NCBI GenBank assembly: GCA_934167885.1
Contig: CAKPMB010000008.1
Coordinates: forward strand, 65 to 64,064
DNA from: an uncultured Bacilli bacterium
Lineage (GTDB): Bacteria; Bacillota_I; Bacilli_A; RF39; UBA660
DNA length: 64,000 nt
Reading direction: 5' to 3'
The notes below the pieces were generated by a model that was not told the DNA's origin, ran no database searches, and worked only from the letters and a program-made list of their open reading frames with translations. A program made the position numbers and the translations under genes. This document shows, in pieces, positions 48,557-57,760 of the stretch. Positions within the stretch are counted from its first letter, which is position 1, and every line of letters starts with the position of its first letter.

Positions 48557-49418
48557 TAGCAGCCTCCTTAAATAGTTCAGGATTTTGTAAAATGTCTTCA
48601 AATAAATTAATAGCTTTGGCCATGTATACACCGTCGGCGATACGTTCGTCTAAGTTTGCTCCAATTTCTAAAACATCACGAATTTCAATTTTATCATTTA
48701 TAACCATGGGTTCTTTATGAATTTTGCCAAAAGTTATTAGAATACCATTTGTTCCAAAGTTAGTAATGTTATGATATATTGCGCCACAATTAATACTTCC
48801 TAAATTTGATAAAATAGCCGTGCTGTTGTATAGAAGATTTTCACTAAAACTTCTTGGTAATAAATCGTGTTTATCCATCCATTTAACAATTCTTGCGGCA
48901 ATTCCTAGAATAGGACGTGGTAGTTTGTCTAAAATATCAACTGCATTGTCGGTATCATTTTGAATATTACTTCTTACTTTATCAACTTTATTTTTAATAG
49001 TCTTTTTAATATCATCAACATTATCAGTTGGTAAGACTTTGATAACTGAAAGAAATTCTTTAGCATCATCTTCAAATGCTACTTTAGCAGTGAAGGCTAA
49101 AGTTACATCATCACGTTCATAGCATGTATGATTAATAATGTAACGATTTAAATAAGGTCTATTGTAGACAACACGGGCACATGCATATGATAGAAGATGA
49201 AAGTAGGTGATTTCACTATCTTTCTTTTTCTTTTCTTCCATATATTTAACTAAGTTTGTAACATCAATAGTTTTATTTATATAAACATCGGCATTGTGTC
49301 TTTCTTTTAGGTATGTGCACATTCTTAAAACACCGTTCATTTTTAATTTTCGAGCATCCCTACGATCTCCTAATTTCTTTTTGTAGGGCTTGCCATACAT
49401 GTCATGCGCTAACTTCAT
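48516..49418 (-). CDS. 2-oxoacid-dehydrogenase E2 catalytic-domain-like (CAT-fold) acyltransferase, with catalytic His replaced (DERIADG)
   Basis: C-terminal 'DERIADGVYMAKAINLFEDILQNPELF' aligns to the E2 'DHRxxDGxxAxxFLxxxxxxLExP' motif; overlaps the downstream ligase gene by 41 nt. Confidence 0.5.
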   Translation of the reverse strand: MKLAHDMYGKPYKKKLGDRRDARKLKMNGVLRMCTYLKERHNADVYINKTIDVTNLVKYMEEKKKKDSEITYFHLLSYACARVVYNRPYLNRYIINHTCYERDDVTLAFTAKVAFEDDAKEFLSVIKVLPTDNVDDIKKTIKNKVDKVRSNIQNDTDNAVDILDKLPRPILGIAARIVKWMDKHDLLPRSFSENLLYNSTAILSNLGSINCGAIYHNITNFGTNGILITFGKIHKEPMVINDKIEIRDVLEIGANLDERIADGVYMAKAINLFEDILQNPELFKEAASEKIIKEPRERKS

Positions 49419-49522
49419 ATATCCTCCAATTCATAACTATTTAATTATATGATAATTGTGTGATATTTGTAAAGAAAAAGAAAAAAGGCTAATTTGTATG
49501 ATAAAATGACGTTGGTGGTTTT

Positions 49523-50707
49523 ATGTCTAGAATTATTTTTCATATTGATGTTAATAATGCTTTTTTATCATGGAGTGCTGTTTATCTTTTAAAAAGTGGT
49601 TATGGTTGTGATATTCGCACCATTCCCTCTGTGATTGCAGGAGATGAAGAGTTGCGCCATGGTATTGTGCTCGCCAAAAGCCCTATAGCCAAAAAATTTG
49701 GTGTTAAAACGGCTGAACCATTATTTATGGCTAGAAAAAAGTGTCCTAAATTGCAAGTATTTTCTCCAAACTATGATTTTTATTATCAAAAATCAATGGA
49801 ACTTATGGAATATTTGTCACAATATACACCAATAATTGAGCAATTTTCAGTGGATGAGTGCTTCTTAGATTTTACGAACACTAAATATTTATATGATGAT
49901 GTTTTATCACTTGCATATAAAATAAAAAATGAAATTAAAGAAAAATTTGGTTACACCGTAAATATTGGCATTGCTAATAGTAAACTATGTGCCAAAATGG
50001 CCAGTGATTTTGAGAAACCTGATAAAGTTCATACCTTAATGGATGATGAAATAACTACTAAAATGTGGCCTATTAAGGTTTCAGAATTATTGTTTGTTGG
50101 TTCTAAAGCATCTTTAAAGTTGAAAGAACTTGGTATAAACACGATTGGGGACTTAGCTAATAGTTCTCCAGAATTTTTATATAAATATTTTAAAAATAGG
50201 GCATATGATATGATTGCTTCAGCTAAGGGTATTGATAATTCTTTGGTTTGTCCTAATACTTCAAAAAATAAATGTATTAGTGCTTCTAGAACTTTAATTG
50301 AAGATACAAAAGATCTTACTATTTTAAAGAAAAATTTATTAGATATGTGTAATTTGTTATGTATTAGGGCAAGAAGGGATAAAGTATATGCTAATGTTTT
50401 AGCTATAACTTTAAAAACTAAAGATTTTAGGGGTTTCTCACATCAAAAGAAACTTTCTAATGCGACTAATAATACTATTGAAGTTTACCAAGAAGTTATG
50501 AATTTATTGGATAATCTTAATATAACTATTCCTATTAGAAATATTGGTATGCGCCTTGGTGATTTACAAAAAGATAAAAAAGAACAGATGTCATTATTTA
50601 ATAAAAAAGATTCCCATGATGATAAAATTATGAAAATAATGGATGATATTAATTTAAAATATAAAGAAACAAAGATAATGCCCGCTATTTTCTATAAAAA
50701 TAAGTAA
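49523..50707 (+). CDS. dinB: Y-family DNA polymerase (DinB/Pol IV-like)
   Basis: 'IFHIDVNNAF', 'SVDECFLDF', 'IGIANSKLCAKMAS'. Confidence 0.75.
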   Translation: MSRIIFHIDVNNAFLSWSAVYLLKSGYGCDIRTIPSVIAGDEELRHGIVLAKSPIAKKFGVKTAEPLFMARKKCPKLQVFSPNYDFYYQKSMELMEYLSQYTPIIEQFSVDECFLDFTNTKYLYDDVLSLAYKIKNEIKEKFGYTVNIGIANSKLCAKMASDFEKPDKVHTLMDDEITTKMWPIKVSELLFVGSKASLKLKELGINTIGDLANSSPEFLYKYFKNRAYDMIASAKGIDNSLVCPNTSKNKCISASRTLIEDTKDLTILKKNLLDMCNLLCIRARRDKVYANVLAITLKTKDFRGFSHQKKLSNATNNTIEVYQEVMNLLDNLNITIPIRNIGMRLGDLQKDKKEQMSLFNKKDSHDDKIMKIMDDINLKYKETKIMPAIFYKNK

Positions 50708-50769
50708 AAAAATGACAATGAAATAGCATATTTAACTAAATGTATATAAAATATTTTAAGAGGTGTCTT

Positions 50770-53247
50770 ATGAATTATTATGGAATATATCGTAAAGTAA
50801 AAATAGGGGAAACTAATTATTATCAATTATTTAAAGTTACGAATTCGCTTGGCGAAATTGAAAATGCAAGTGAATTAAATTCAACTGACAACAATGATTT
50901 TGTCTACTCTCAAATTTTAGATGACCAAGTTGATATTTATAAAAACCTTCTTTATCAATTAATTTTAGGTAAGAATCAAAATAACGAAATAGCAGTAGTT
51001 GATATTAGATATGCTGATTATGGCGATGTTATAAATCAATTTAAGAAAAAATATAATGATTTTAAAATTGATGCTTCATATAATGATGTTACTTGTTTCG
51101 ATAAATCAGGCAAAATTATTGCTTATGATGATATTCTTATTGAAGAAATAAGACAAGTTTATGATGATAGTAATAACGAAATAATTGATGATTTAAAAGA
51201 TCAAGTTGATGATGAATTAGGCGACATTTATAAAACATTAAGTAATAAAATTTATTTTCAGAAAGATAATTTAGTTGTTTTAGCTAATACAATCTATTTA
51301 AATAGAAGACAATCAAGTAAATATGATAATAAAAAAATATTCACTAAACCATCTACTATCTTTATAAGTGGTCCAAAAGAAACAGGTAAAAAAACTATGG
51401 CTTTGGAAACTGTCAAGCTTTTGGACAAAAAATATTCGGTATTTAATGTTGGTGGTGATTTCTTAGAAGACATTGAGGCTTTAGGATTAAAAGAGGCTTG
51501 TGTTAATAACTTTTTCCGTCAAATAAAGGATGATTTGGACAATAAAAGTAATTGCTTATATGGTGACGTTGTCATTAATATTCCATATATTGAAGATGAG
51601 ATGATGTTTGAGGATATTCTTGGCTTTTTATATCGTGTTTTAAATGAATATAAAAGTGTTACAATAGATGGTCAAAAATTGGATATTTCGCATATAAATT
51701 ATATTATTTCTTTAGATGATACCATTGTTGGCACCCTATCAGAGGCGGTAAAGGTTATCTTTGCTAAAAATGATCTATATAATGTTACATTTTTTGAAAC
51801 ACCTGAATTAACAAAAGAAAAGTTAAAATACATTATCTTGTTTAGTGATTCAAGTGCTCTTAACTTAAAGAAGAAGGAATATGAAAATGAAGGTGTATCG
51901 ATTATTGTTGAGGATGCTTTCTTAGATGAAGCAATAGATCTTGCTATGAAACATGGTAAAGGTATTAGCTTTATTAATAATATTATTAAACAATATATTG
52001 ATTCGGCATATGTGTATGGTAAAAAGATAATTAGATTAAGTAAGAAAGAACTTTTGCTAGCAACTCAAGATAATCAAGTTGATGAAGTAGAAGTCGCTTT
52101 TGAAGATGAAGAATTAGTTGGCGATGAAACAAATGCTTATAGTGATCTTGATACTAATTTTAGAATTAATTATCAACGTCTTCGCAATGATTATCAAACC
52201 CGTTTTGAATATTTAAAAGAATATGTTAAAGGACAAGATGAAGCTCTAAAGTGTATTTTGCAACAATTTTGTTTAAATACCCAAGTTCAAGAAAGCAATG
52301 TTTCTATGCGTGAAAAACGTCAAAATATGTCGCATATGTTAATTCAAGGAAATGCTGGAAGTGGTAAGACATACATTACAACAATGATTGCGGAAACTTT
52401 TGAAGATAAGCCTTGTATTGTTGCTGATGCAACTGAATATACAGAAGCTGGTTATGTTGGTAAAAGCGTTGAAGATATGTTAATTCAGTTATATTTAGTA
52501 TCTGGTAAAGATATTGAAAAAGCCCAAAAAGGTATATTAATAATTGATGAATTTGATAAACTTGCTGATAATAGTAGTAATCGTAGTGATGTAACACGTG
52601 GTGCTGTTCAAGATTCATTATTAAAACTATTGGAAGGTAATAAATATGAACTTGAATTAAAAGAGGGTTTGGGTTCACACAAAATTATGTTCGATACAAG
52701 TGAATTACAAGTTTATTGCTTGGGAGCTTTTGAAGGTCTTGATAAAATTCGGGATGAACGTATAAAGAAGATTAGTAAAGCGAACGTTGTTGGTTTTGGA
52801 TCTCAAAGTCAAGATGAAAAAATAAAGGCTCTTAAACAAGAAAATTCATATGACTCAACTGATTATAAGAAATACGGTATCCATATCCAAGGATTACGTC
52901 GTCTTAAAAATCATGTTGAACTTAAAAAGTTAACAAAAGAAGACTTTCTAGATATCGCTCTTCATTCTAATTCAAGTGATTTCTTAAATGAAATACATCT
53001 TTTCAACCTTATGGGGATTGAAGTTAATTGGGATGATGATTTTATGAACGAATACATTGATAGATCATATAATTTAGGTTATGGTGTCAGTGGTTTAGGT
53101 ATTGTTTTACAAAAAGTAATTCGTTATGCAAAAATTGCTGTTTTAGAAGGTGATTATCAAAAAATTATTCTTACAAAAGAATGTATTGATAATCCATTAT
53201 TAGTAAAATTAATTAAGAAAGATTCAAAAAAACTTGTAAAAAAGTAA
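50770..53247 (+). CDS. ClpX-family AAA+ unfoldase paralogue with a ~500-aa N-terminal extension (no zinc-binding domain)
   Basis: C-terminal module: Walker A 'GNAGSGKT', pore-1 'EAGYVGKSVE', Walker B 'ILIIDEFDKL', 'LLKLLEG', IGF-like 'VVGFGS'. N-terminal part carries a degenerate P-loop 'GPKETGKKT'. RBS AGAGGTG. Confidence 0.65.
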   Translation: MNYYGIYRKVKIGETNYYQLFKVTNSLGEIENASELNSTDNNDFVYSQILDDQVDIYKNLLYQLILGKNQNNEIAVVDIRYADYGDVINQFKKKYNDFKIDASYNDVTCFDKSGKIIAYDDILIEEIRQVYDDSNNEIIDDLKDQVDDELGDIYKTLSNKIYFQKDNLVVLANTIYLNRRQSSKYDNKKIFTKPSTIFISGPKETGKKTMALETVKLLDKKYSVFNVGGDFLEDIEALGLKEACVNNFFRQIKDDLDNKSNCLYGDVVINIPYIEDEMMFEDILGFLYRVLNEYKSVTIDGQKLDISHINYIISLDDTIVGTLSEAVKVIFAKNDLYNVTFFETPELTKEKLKYIILFSDSSALNLKKKEYENEGVSIIVEDAFLDEAIDLAMKHGKGISFINNIIKQYIDSAYVYGKKIIRLSKKELLLATQDNQVDEVEVAFEDEELVGDETNAYSDLDTNFRINYQRLRNDYQTRFEYLKEYVKGQDEALKCILQQFCLNTQVQESNVSMREKRQNMSHMLIQGNAGSGKTYITTMIAETFEDKPCIVADATEYTEAGYVGKSVEDMLIQLYLVSGKDIEKAQKGILIIDEFDKLADNSSNRSDVTRGAVQDSLLKLLEGNKYELELKEGLGSHKIMFDTSELQVYCLGAFEGLDKIRDERIKKISKANVVGFGSQSQDEKIKALKQENSYDSTDYKKYGIHIQGLRRLKNHVELKKLTKEDFLDIALHSNSSDFLNEIHLFNLMGIEVNWDDDFMNEYIDRSYNLGYGVSGLGIVLQKVIRYAKIAVLEGDYQKIILTKECIDNPLLVKLIKKDSKKLVKK

Positions 53248-53334
53248 TTTGAATCTTTTTTTATAATATTAATATTTTATATTTCCTATCATTAATTTTG
53301 TATGTTATAATAATAATCGATAATAGGTGATGAT

Positions 53335-54765
53335 ATGAAGACGGTTATGCTTTTAATTAATGGTTTTGGTGTTGAAGATAAAAAGTCATATTCTATATAT
53401 GATAAAGAATTAATGCCTAATATAGATATGCTTAATAAAAAATATATATTTTCATCAATGAAAGCTGATGTTAATAACTATCGCGATGGATATCGCAATA
53501 TGTGCTTAGAAGTCAATGAGATGTATAATTATGGTATTTTTAGTGAAGCAGTTAATAATAATACTTTATTATCCAATAAACAATATCTTGATATGAAAAA
53601 TGAGCTTTTAAAAAGAAAGAGCAAATTGCATCTTTTTTGTCTTTTAGATGATAGTGAAAGAATTGTTGAACAACTAAAACTTGTTCTTAAAGATTTAAAT
53701 CCAGAAAAAAACTTAAAAATTTATCTTCATATTATATTAACTAGTGGTAATTATGAAGATTATAGTAAAATAGTTAAAATACTTAGCAAAATTAATGTTG
53801 ATTTAGCTGATTATGTGAAGATAGGCCTAGTTTTTGGTCTTGCATCTATTAGTAATAATAATCCAGTAACAGAGTTTAATTATTTCTTTAAAATTTTTAT
53901 TTCAGAAATATGTGAACGTTGGCAATCATTCTCACAAAAGTTTGATGTTTGTTATAATTTAAAACAATCGCCTAATATGGTTAAACCTTTTGTTGTTAAT
54001 AATGGTTTCTCTCTTGATAAAGATGATTTATTTATTTTTTGGAATTATGACCGCGTTGATTTAACAACTTTTATAAGTATGACTTTAGGTATTAAATATG
54101 GTAGTGATAACAATAATTTTAAAATGCTATCTTTGTTTGAATTAATAAGCAAAGAAAAAATTCCATATCTTCTTAATTATCACCCAGCTAGTAAGTCTTT
54201 AGCATCTAATTTAAAAGATTTAAAAGCAACAGCTTTAATTGTTGCTAAAAAGAGTCAAATTGCCGTAATTAATTATTATGCTAATGGTCTACAAAGTATT
54301 CAAAATCCTGATATTTCCTTTATTGAAGCTGATAATTATTTATTTAAGCCTAAGGAATTATTAAGTATTATTAATACTTATCAACAAGATTTAATTATTA
54401 TTAATTATGATATTGATAATGTTAAAAATATTAGTGAATTAAAGCAGTTATTGCATAATATTGATATTATGATTGGCAATATTTATGAGAATTCTCTAGG
54501 TAGTAAGTATAGTATTTTAATTAGTTCATTGTATGGTATTAATAAAATAATGCCAAATGATAAAGGTGAAATTTGTAATGTTTTATTCAGTAATAAAGTT
54601 CCTATTATTTTTATAGATGATTTTATTACTAAACATAATCACTTAGTAGAAGAGGGTAGAATTAGTAATTTATTACCTATTTGTTATAAAAATATTAACG
54701 CAAATTATAAAGGATATTCCATTATTGCTAAGATGAATGCTTTATATCGTTTATTTTTTAAATAG
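53335..54765 (+). CDS. Degenerate cofactor-independent phosphoglycerate mutase (iPGM)-like protein, probably non-catalytic
   Basis: 'KLHLFCLLDDSERIV' and 'IYLHIILTSGNYED' align to iPGM 'SLHLFGLLSDGGVHS' and 'VYIHGFLDGRD'. Several metal and catalytic positions appear replaced: DGFG to NGFG, DHG to LYG, GHSG to KNIS. Confidence 0.4.
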   Translation: MKTVMLLINGFGVEDKKSYSIYDKELMPNIDMLNKKYIFSSMKADVNNYRDGYRNMCLEVNEMYNYGIFSEAVNNNTLLSNKQYLDMKNELLKRKSKLHLFCLLDDSERIVEQLKLVLKDLNPEKNLKIYLHIILTSGNYEDYSKIVKILSKINVDLADYVKIGLVFGLASISNNNPVTEFNYFFKIFISEICERWQSFSQKFDVCYNLKQSPNMVKPFVVNNGFSLDKDDLFIFWNYDRVDLTTFISMTLGIKYGSDNNNFKMLSLFELISKEKIPYLLNYHPASKSLASNLKDLKATALIVAKKSQIAVINYYANGLQSIQNPDISFIEADNYLFKPKELLSIINTYQQDLIIINYDIDNVKNISELKQLLHNIDIMIGNIYENSLGSKYSILISSLYGINKIMPNDKGEICNVLFSNKVPIIFIDDFITKHNHLVEEGRISNLLPICYKNINANYKGYSIIAKMNALYRLFFK

Positions 54766-54779
54766 AATATGGAGGATTT

Positions 54780-56279
54780 ATGCTTAAAAGATTATACAAT
54801 AGTTTTAAGGATTCGTTTATATCGGTTGCCCCAATAACTATATTAATATTAGTGGTTGCTTATTTAATAGGATGTAGTAGTAAAGTTATTATATCTTTTT
54901 CCATAAGTGCCCTTTTATTAATTATTGGTATAACGTTATTTACATTTGGTGCAGATTTATCAATGGTGATGATTGGTGAAAAGATTGGTAATTCGCTTAT
55001 AAAGAGAAAAAAATTATTTAGTGTTTTAGCAATAACTTTGGTTATTGGCTTTGTTATAACGATTGCTGAACCTGATTTAATGGTTTTAGCATCACAATTG
55101 ACATCTATTCCTAATGTTTTAATAATAACGTTGGTGGCTTTGGGAGTTGGTCTTTTCTTGATGTTATCGCTTTTTAGAATAATCAAGGGAATTAAAATTA
55201 ATACTATTTTATCAATTAGTTATATTATTATATTTATATTAATGCTTTTCTCGTCACCTTCTTTTATAACCGTTGCATTTGATTCAGGAGGTGTCACCAC
55301 TGGTCCAATGAGTGTGCCTTTTATTGTCGCTTTAGGTTATGGCTTTACAAAACTTCGTAATGATAAACAAGCTCGTAATGATACTTTTGGTCTTGTAGGT
55401 ATTGCCTCAATTGGTCCTATCATCGTTGTTTTACTTTTAGGTATTTTATTTCATCCTGCAAGTTCTTATGATACATCAAGTTTCTTTTCAAATGGTTCAC
55501 TTTTAATTGAATATTTAGATAGTTTTTATCATAATTTTGTGGAAGCGACAATTTCATTAGTTCCTATTTTAGTTGTCTTTATTATTTTTGAACTTTTGGC
55601 AAATACTCTAAACAATTATGATATGCGGAAAATCGTTTTAGGACTTTGTTCGTCCCTTGTTGGTTTAACTGTGTTTTTAACTGGCGTTGAAGTTGGCTTT
55701 ATTAAAATGGGTTATGAAATTGGTAACCTTTTTGCAAGTCATAATATGCCTATTTTGCTTATCATTTTAGGGATGGTTGTTGGTTATTTAATTGTTAAAG
55801 CAGAACCGGCTGTTAAAGTTTTAAATGAACAAATATCCGACTTGACAGAAGGTAGTATATCTAAAAAAATGATTGGCCTTTGCTTATCAATTGGTGTATC
55901 CTTAGCTGTTGGTTTATCACTTATAAGATTATTTTTAAAAATTCCAATTACATATTTTTTAGTTCCGGGTTATATCCTATCAATAATTTTAGCTTACAAG
56001 ACACAGGATATATTTACAGCGGTTGCGTTTGATTCAGGTGGGGCAGCATCCGGTCCATTAACGACATCTTTTCTGCTTCCTATTGCTATAGGAGCGTGTA
56101 TGGCAAATGGTGGCGATATTATGACTTTGGCTTTTGGTGTTGTATCTTTAGTTTCTTTGTCACCGCTTATTACTATTCAGCTTTTAGGCTTAGTATATGA
56201 ATGTCGTATAAATAAACAAACACTTGCTAAAGTTAAAGATTTAGATGAATCTATTTTAGATTATGAGGTTTCATTATGA
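54780..56279 (+). CDS. DUF1538-family membrane protein (internal duplication)
   Basis: Repeated 'AFDSGGVTTGPMSVPF' and 'AFDSGGAASGPLTTSF' halves; polytopic. Confidence 0.6.
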   Translation: MLKRLYNSFKDSFISVAPITILILVVAYLIGCSSKVIISFSISALLLIIGITLFTFGADLSMVMIGEKIGNSLIKRKKLFSVLAITLVIGFVITIAEPDLMVLASQLTSIPNVLIITLVALGVGLFLMLSLFRIIKGIKINTILSISYIIIFILMLFSSPSFITVAFDSGGVTTGPMSVPFIVALGYGFTKLRNDKQARNDTFGLVGIASIGPIIVVLLLGILFHPASSYDTSSFFSNGSLLIEYLDSFYHNFVEATISLVPILVVFIIFELLANTLNNYDMRKIVLGLCSSLVGLTVFLTGVEVGFIKMGYEIGNLFASHNMPILLIILGMVVGYLIVKAEPAVKVLNEQISDLTEGSISKKMIGLCLSIGVSLAVGLSLIRLFLKIPITYFLVPGYILSIILAYKTQDIFTAVAFDSGGAASGPLTTSFLLPIAIGACMANGGDIMTLAFGVVSLVSLSPLITIQLLGLVYECRINKQTLAKVKDLDESILDYEVSL

Positions 56280-56935
56280 AGTTAAAAATATTAGTAATAA
56301 TTTCGGATAGTGATAAGAAAATTGTCAAGTTTGTAAATATGTTCAATTTACCATTTAATACGATAAGTTCGGCCAGTGGCACGGCCTCTCAAAGTATATT
56401 AGATTTTTTTGGTTTAAAAGCAACTGAAAAATTTGTATCATTTTCTATTTATCCCGATTATTTAGAAGATGAATTATATAAAAAGTTAGACAATAAATTA
56501 CATTTAGATGAAATAGGAAATGGTATTGCATTCTCTATACCACTATCTAGTTCAAGTAAATATGTTGCCTTGGCATTTGAAAATAAAAAAGAAGGTGAAA
56601 AAATGACTTCCAAAAATAATATAGATTATCATTTAATACTTACCATTGTGCAAGAAGGGTATGCCGATAAAGTAATGAGTGCTGCTAAGAAGTGTGGCGC
56701 GAATGGAGGCACTATTATCAATGCTCGAGCTATTGGTGATAAAAATAGTTTTAAATTCTTTAATATAACGATGGAACCAGAAAAAGACATTGTGTTAATT
56801 GTTTGCCATAATAGTAATAAAAATAAAATTATGGATGCTATTGTTAATAAAAGTGGGATTAAAACCGAAGCAAAAGGTATGTGTATATCACTTCCAATTG
56901 ACAATTTAATTGGCATCAATCAAGATGTCGAATAA
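56276..56935 (+). CDS. Tandem P-II-like (GlnB-fold) protein, partner of the DUF1538 protein
   Basis: Two ~105-aa halves, each with a P-II-like beta-alpha-beta pattern ('HLILTIVQEGYADKVMSAAKKCGANGGTIINARAIG'); overlaps the upstream stop. Confidence 0.45.
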   Translation: MKLKILVIISDSDKKIVKFVNMFNLPFNTISSASGTASQSILDFFGLKATEKFVSFSIYPDYLEDELYKKLDNKLHLDEIGNGIAFSIPLSSSSKYVALAFENKKEGEKMTSKNNIDYHLILTIVQEGYADKVMSAAKKCGANGGTIINARAIGDKNSFKFFNITMEPEKDIVLIVCHNSNKNKIMDAIVNKSGIKTEAKGMCISLPIDNLIGINQDVE

Positions 56936-57349
56936 TGTCTAAAATAGTGTAAATGTAATTTTAAAAAAATGTCAATTATTGACTTTGATTTTAAATAATA
57001 GTATATTGATTATAGAGTCCATTAGATAAGTGATAAGGAGTTATATGAGATGGGATAATGTCCCATAGTTTACCGAAAGTAAACTAAATTTCCTAATAAA
57101 TAGGGTAAAATTGTAAAACATTGATCACTTTAATTAAATATTTAAACTGAATTAAGAACTCACATAGAAATATGTAATCAGTTAACTATTCAATTAATTA
57201 GTGTAGGAGGTGATTTACCTATAATTGATAAGTAAATCATTAAAAATTGCACTAAAATTGTTAATGATTTGACTTATATAATTAGCATAAAAAAACTAAT
57301 TATTGTCAATGTAGGGTTTAAATTTAAAAGATATGCGTGTGCATATCTT

Positions 57350-57613
57350 TTACTTTGTCTTATCATCTTTCTTAGCATTTAACTTAATCCAATATTCTAG
57401 TGGTTTAGCATCCAAACTTTTAATAATTTTATCCTTATTTCCGCGATACGTTGAACGGATTTTTTTATACTTTATAAAAGCATAACCAGGATCTTTATCA
57501 ATTACTAAATAAAGTTGAACACCATATATTGAGAAGAAATGTGGTTCAAAAACTTCATAGGCAAAGCCTACAATAATATCGGCATATTTATTTAATTTAT
57601 ATTGTTGTAACAT
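57350..57613 (-). CDS. Hypothetical small protein (87 aa)
   Basis: RBS GGAGGAATTT upstream; no motifs. Confidence 0.45.
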   Translation of the reverse strand: MLQQYKLNKYADIIVGFAYEVFEPHFFSIYGVQLYLVIDKDPGYAFIKYKKIRSTYRGNKDKIIKSLDAKPLEYWIKLNAKKDDKTK

Positions 57614-57760
57614 AAATTCCTCCTAGATAAGTTGTATTATAAATTAACGATTTTGACTTAGCAATTCTTTTTACATAAATTTGCCAAGCAATTTTAATAA
57701 TTCATTGTATTGTTTTATCAAATAATGTATAATGTTGATAGAATTTGATGTAGGTGAAGT

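Noticed and set aside
48557-48631. Longer N-terminal extension of the acyl-CoA synthetase (track start 48631)
   Set aside because: An internal GTG at 48556 is preceded at ideal spacing by AAGGAGG and gives a normal ligase N-terminus. The extension would overlap the upstream gene by 116 nt.
49419-49522. Looked for a LexA/Cheo box (GAAC-N4-GTTC) upstream of the DinB-like polymerase
   Set aside because: No such palindrome is present in the upstream region, so SOS regulation cannot be claimed from the sequence.
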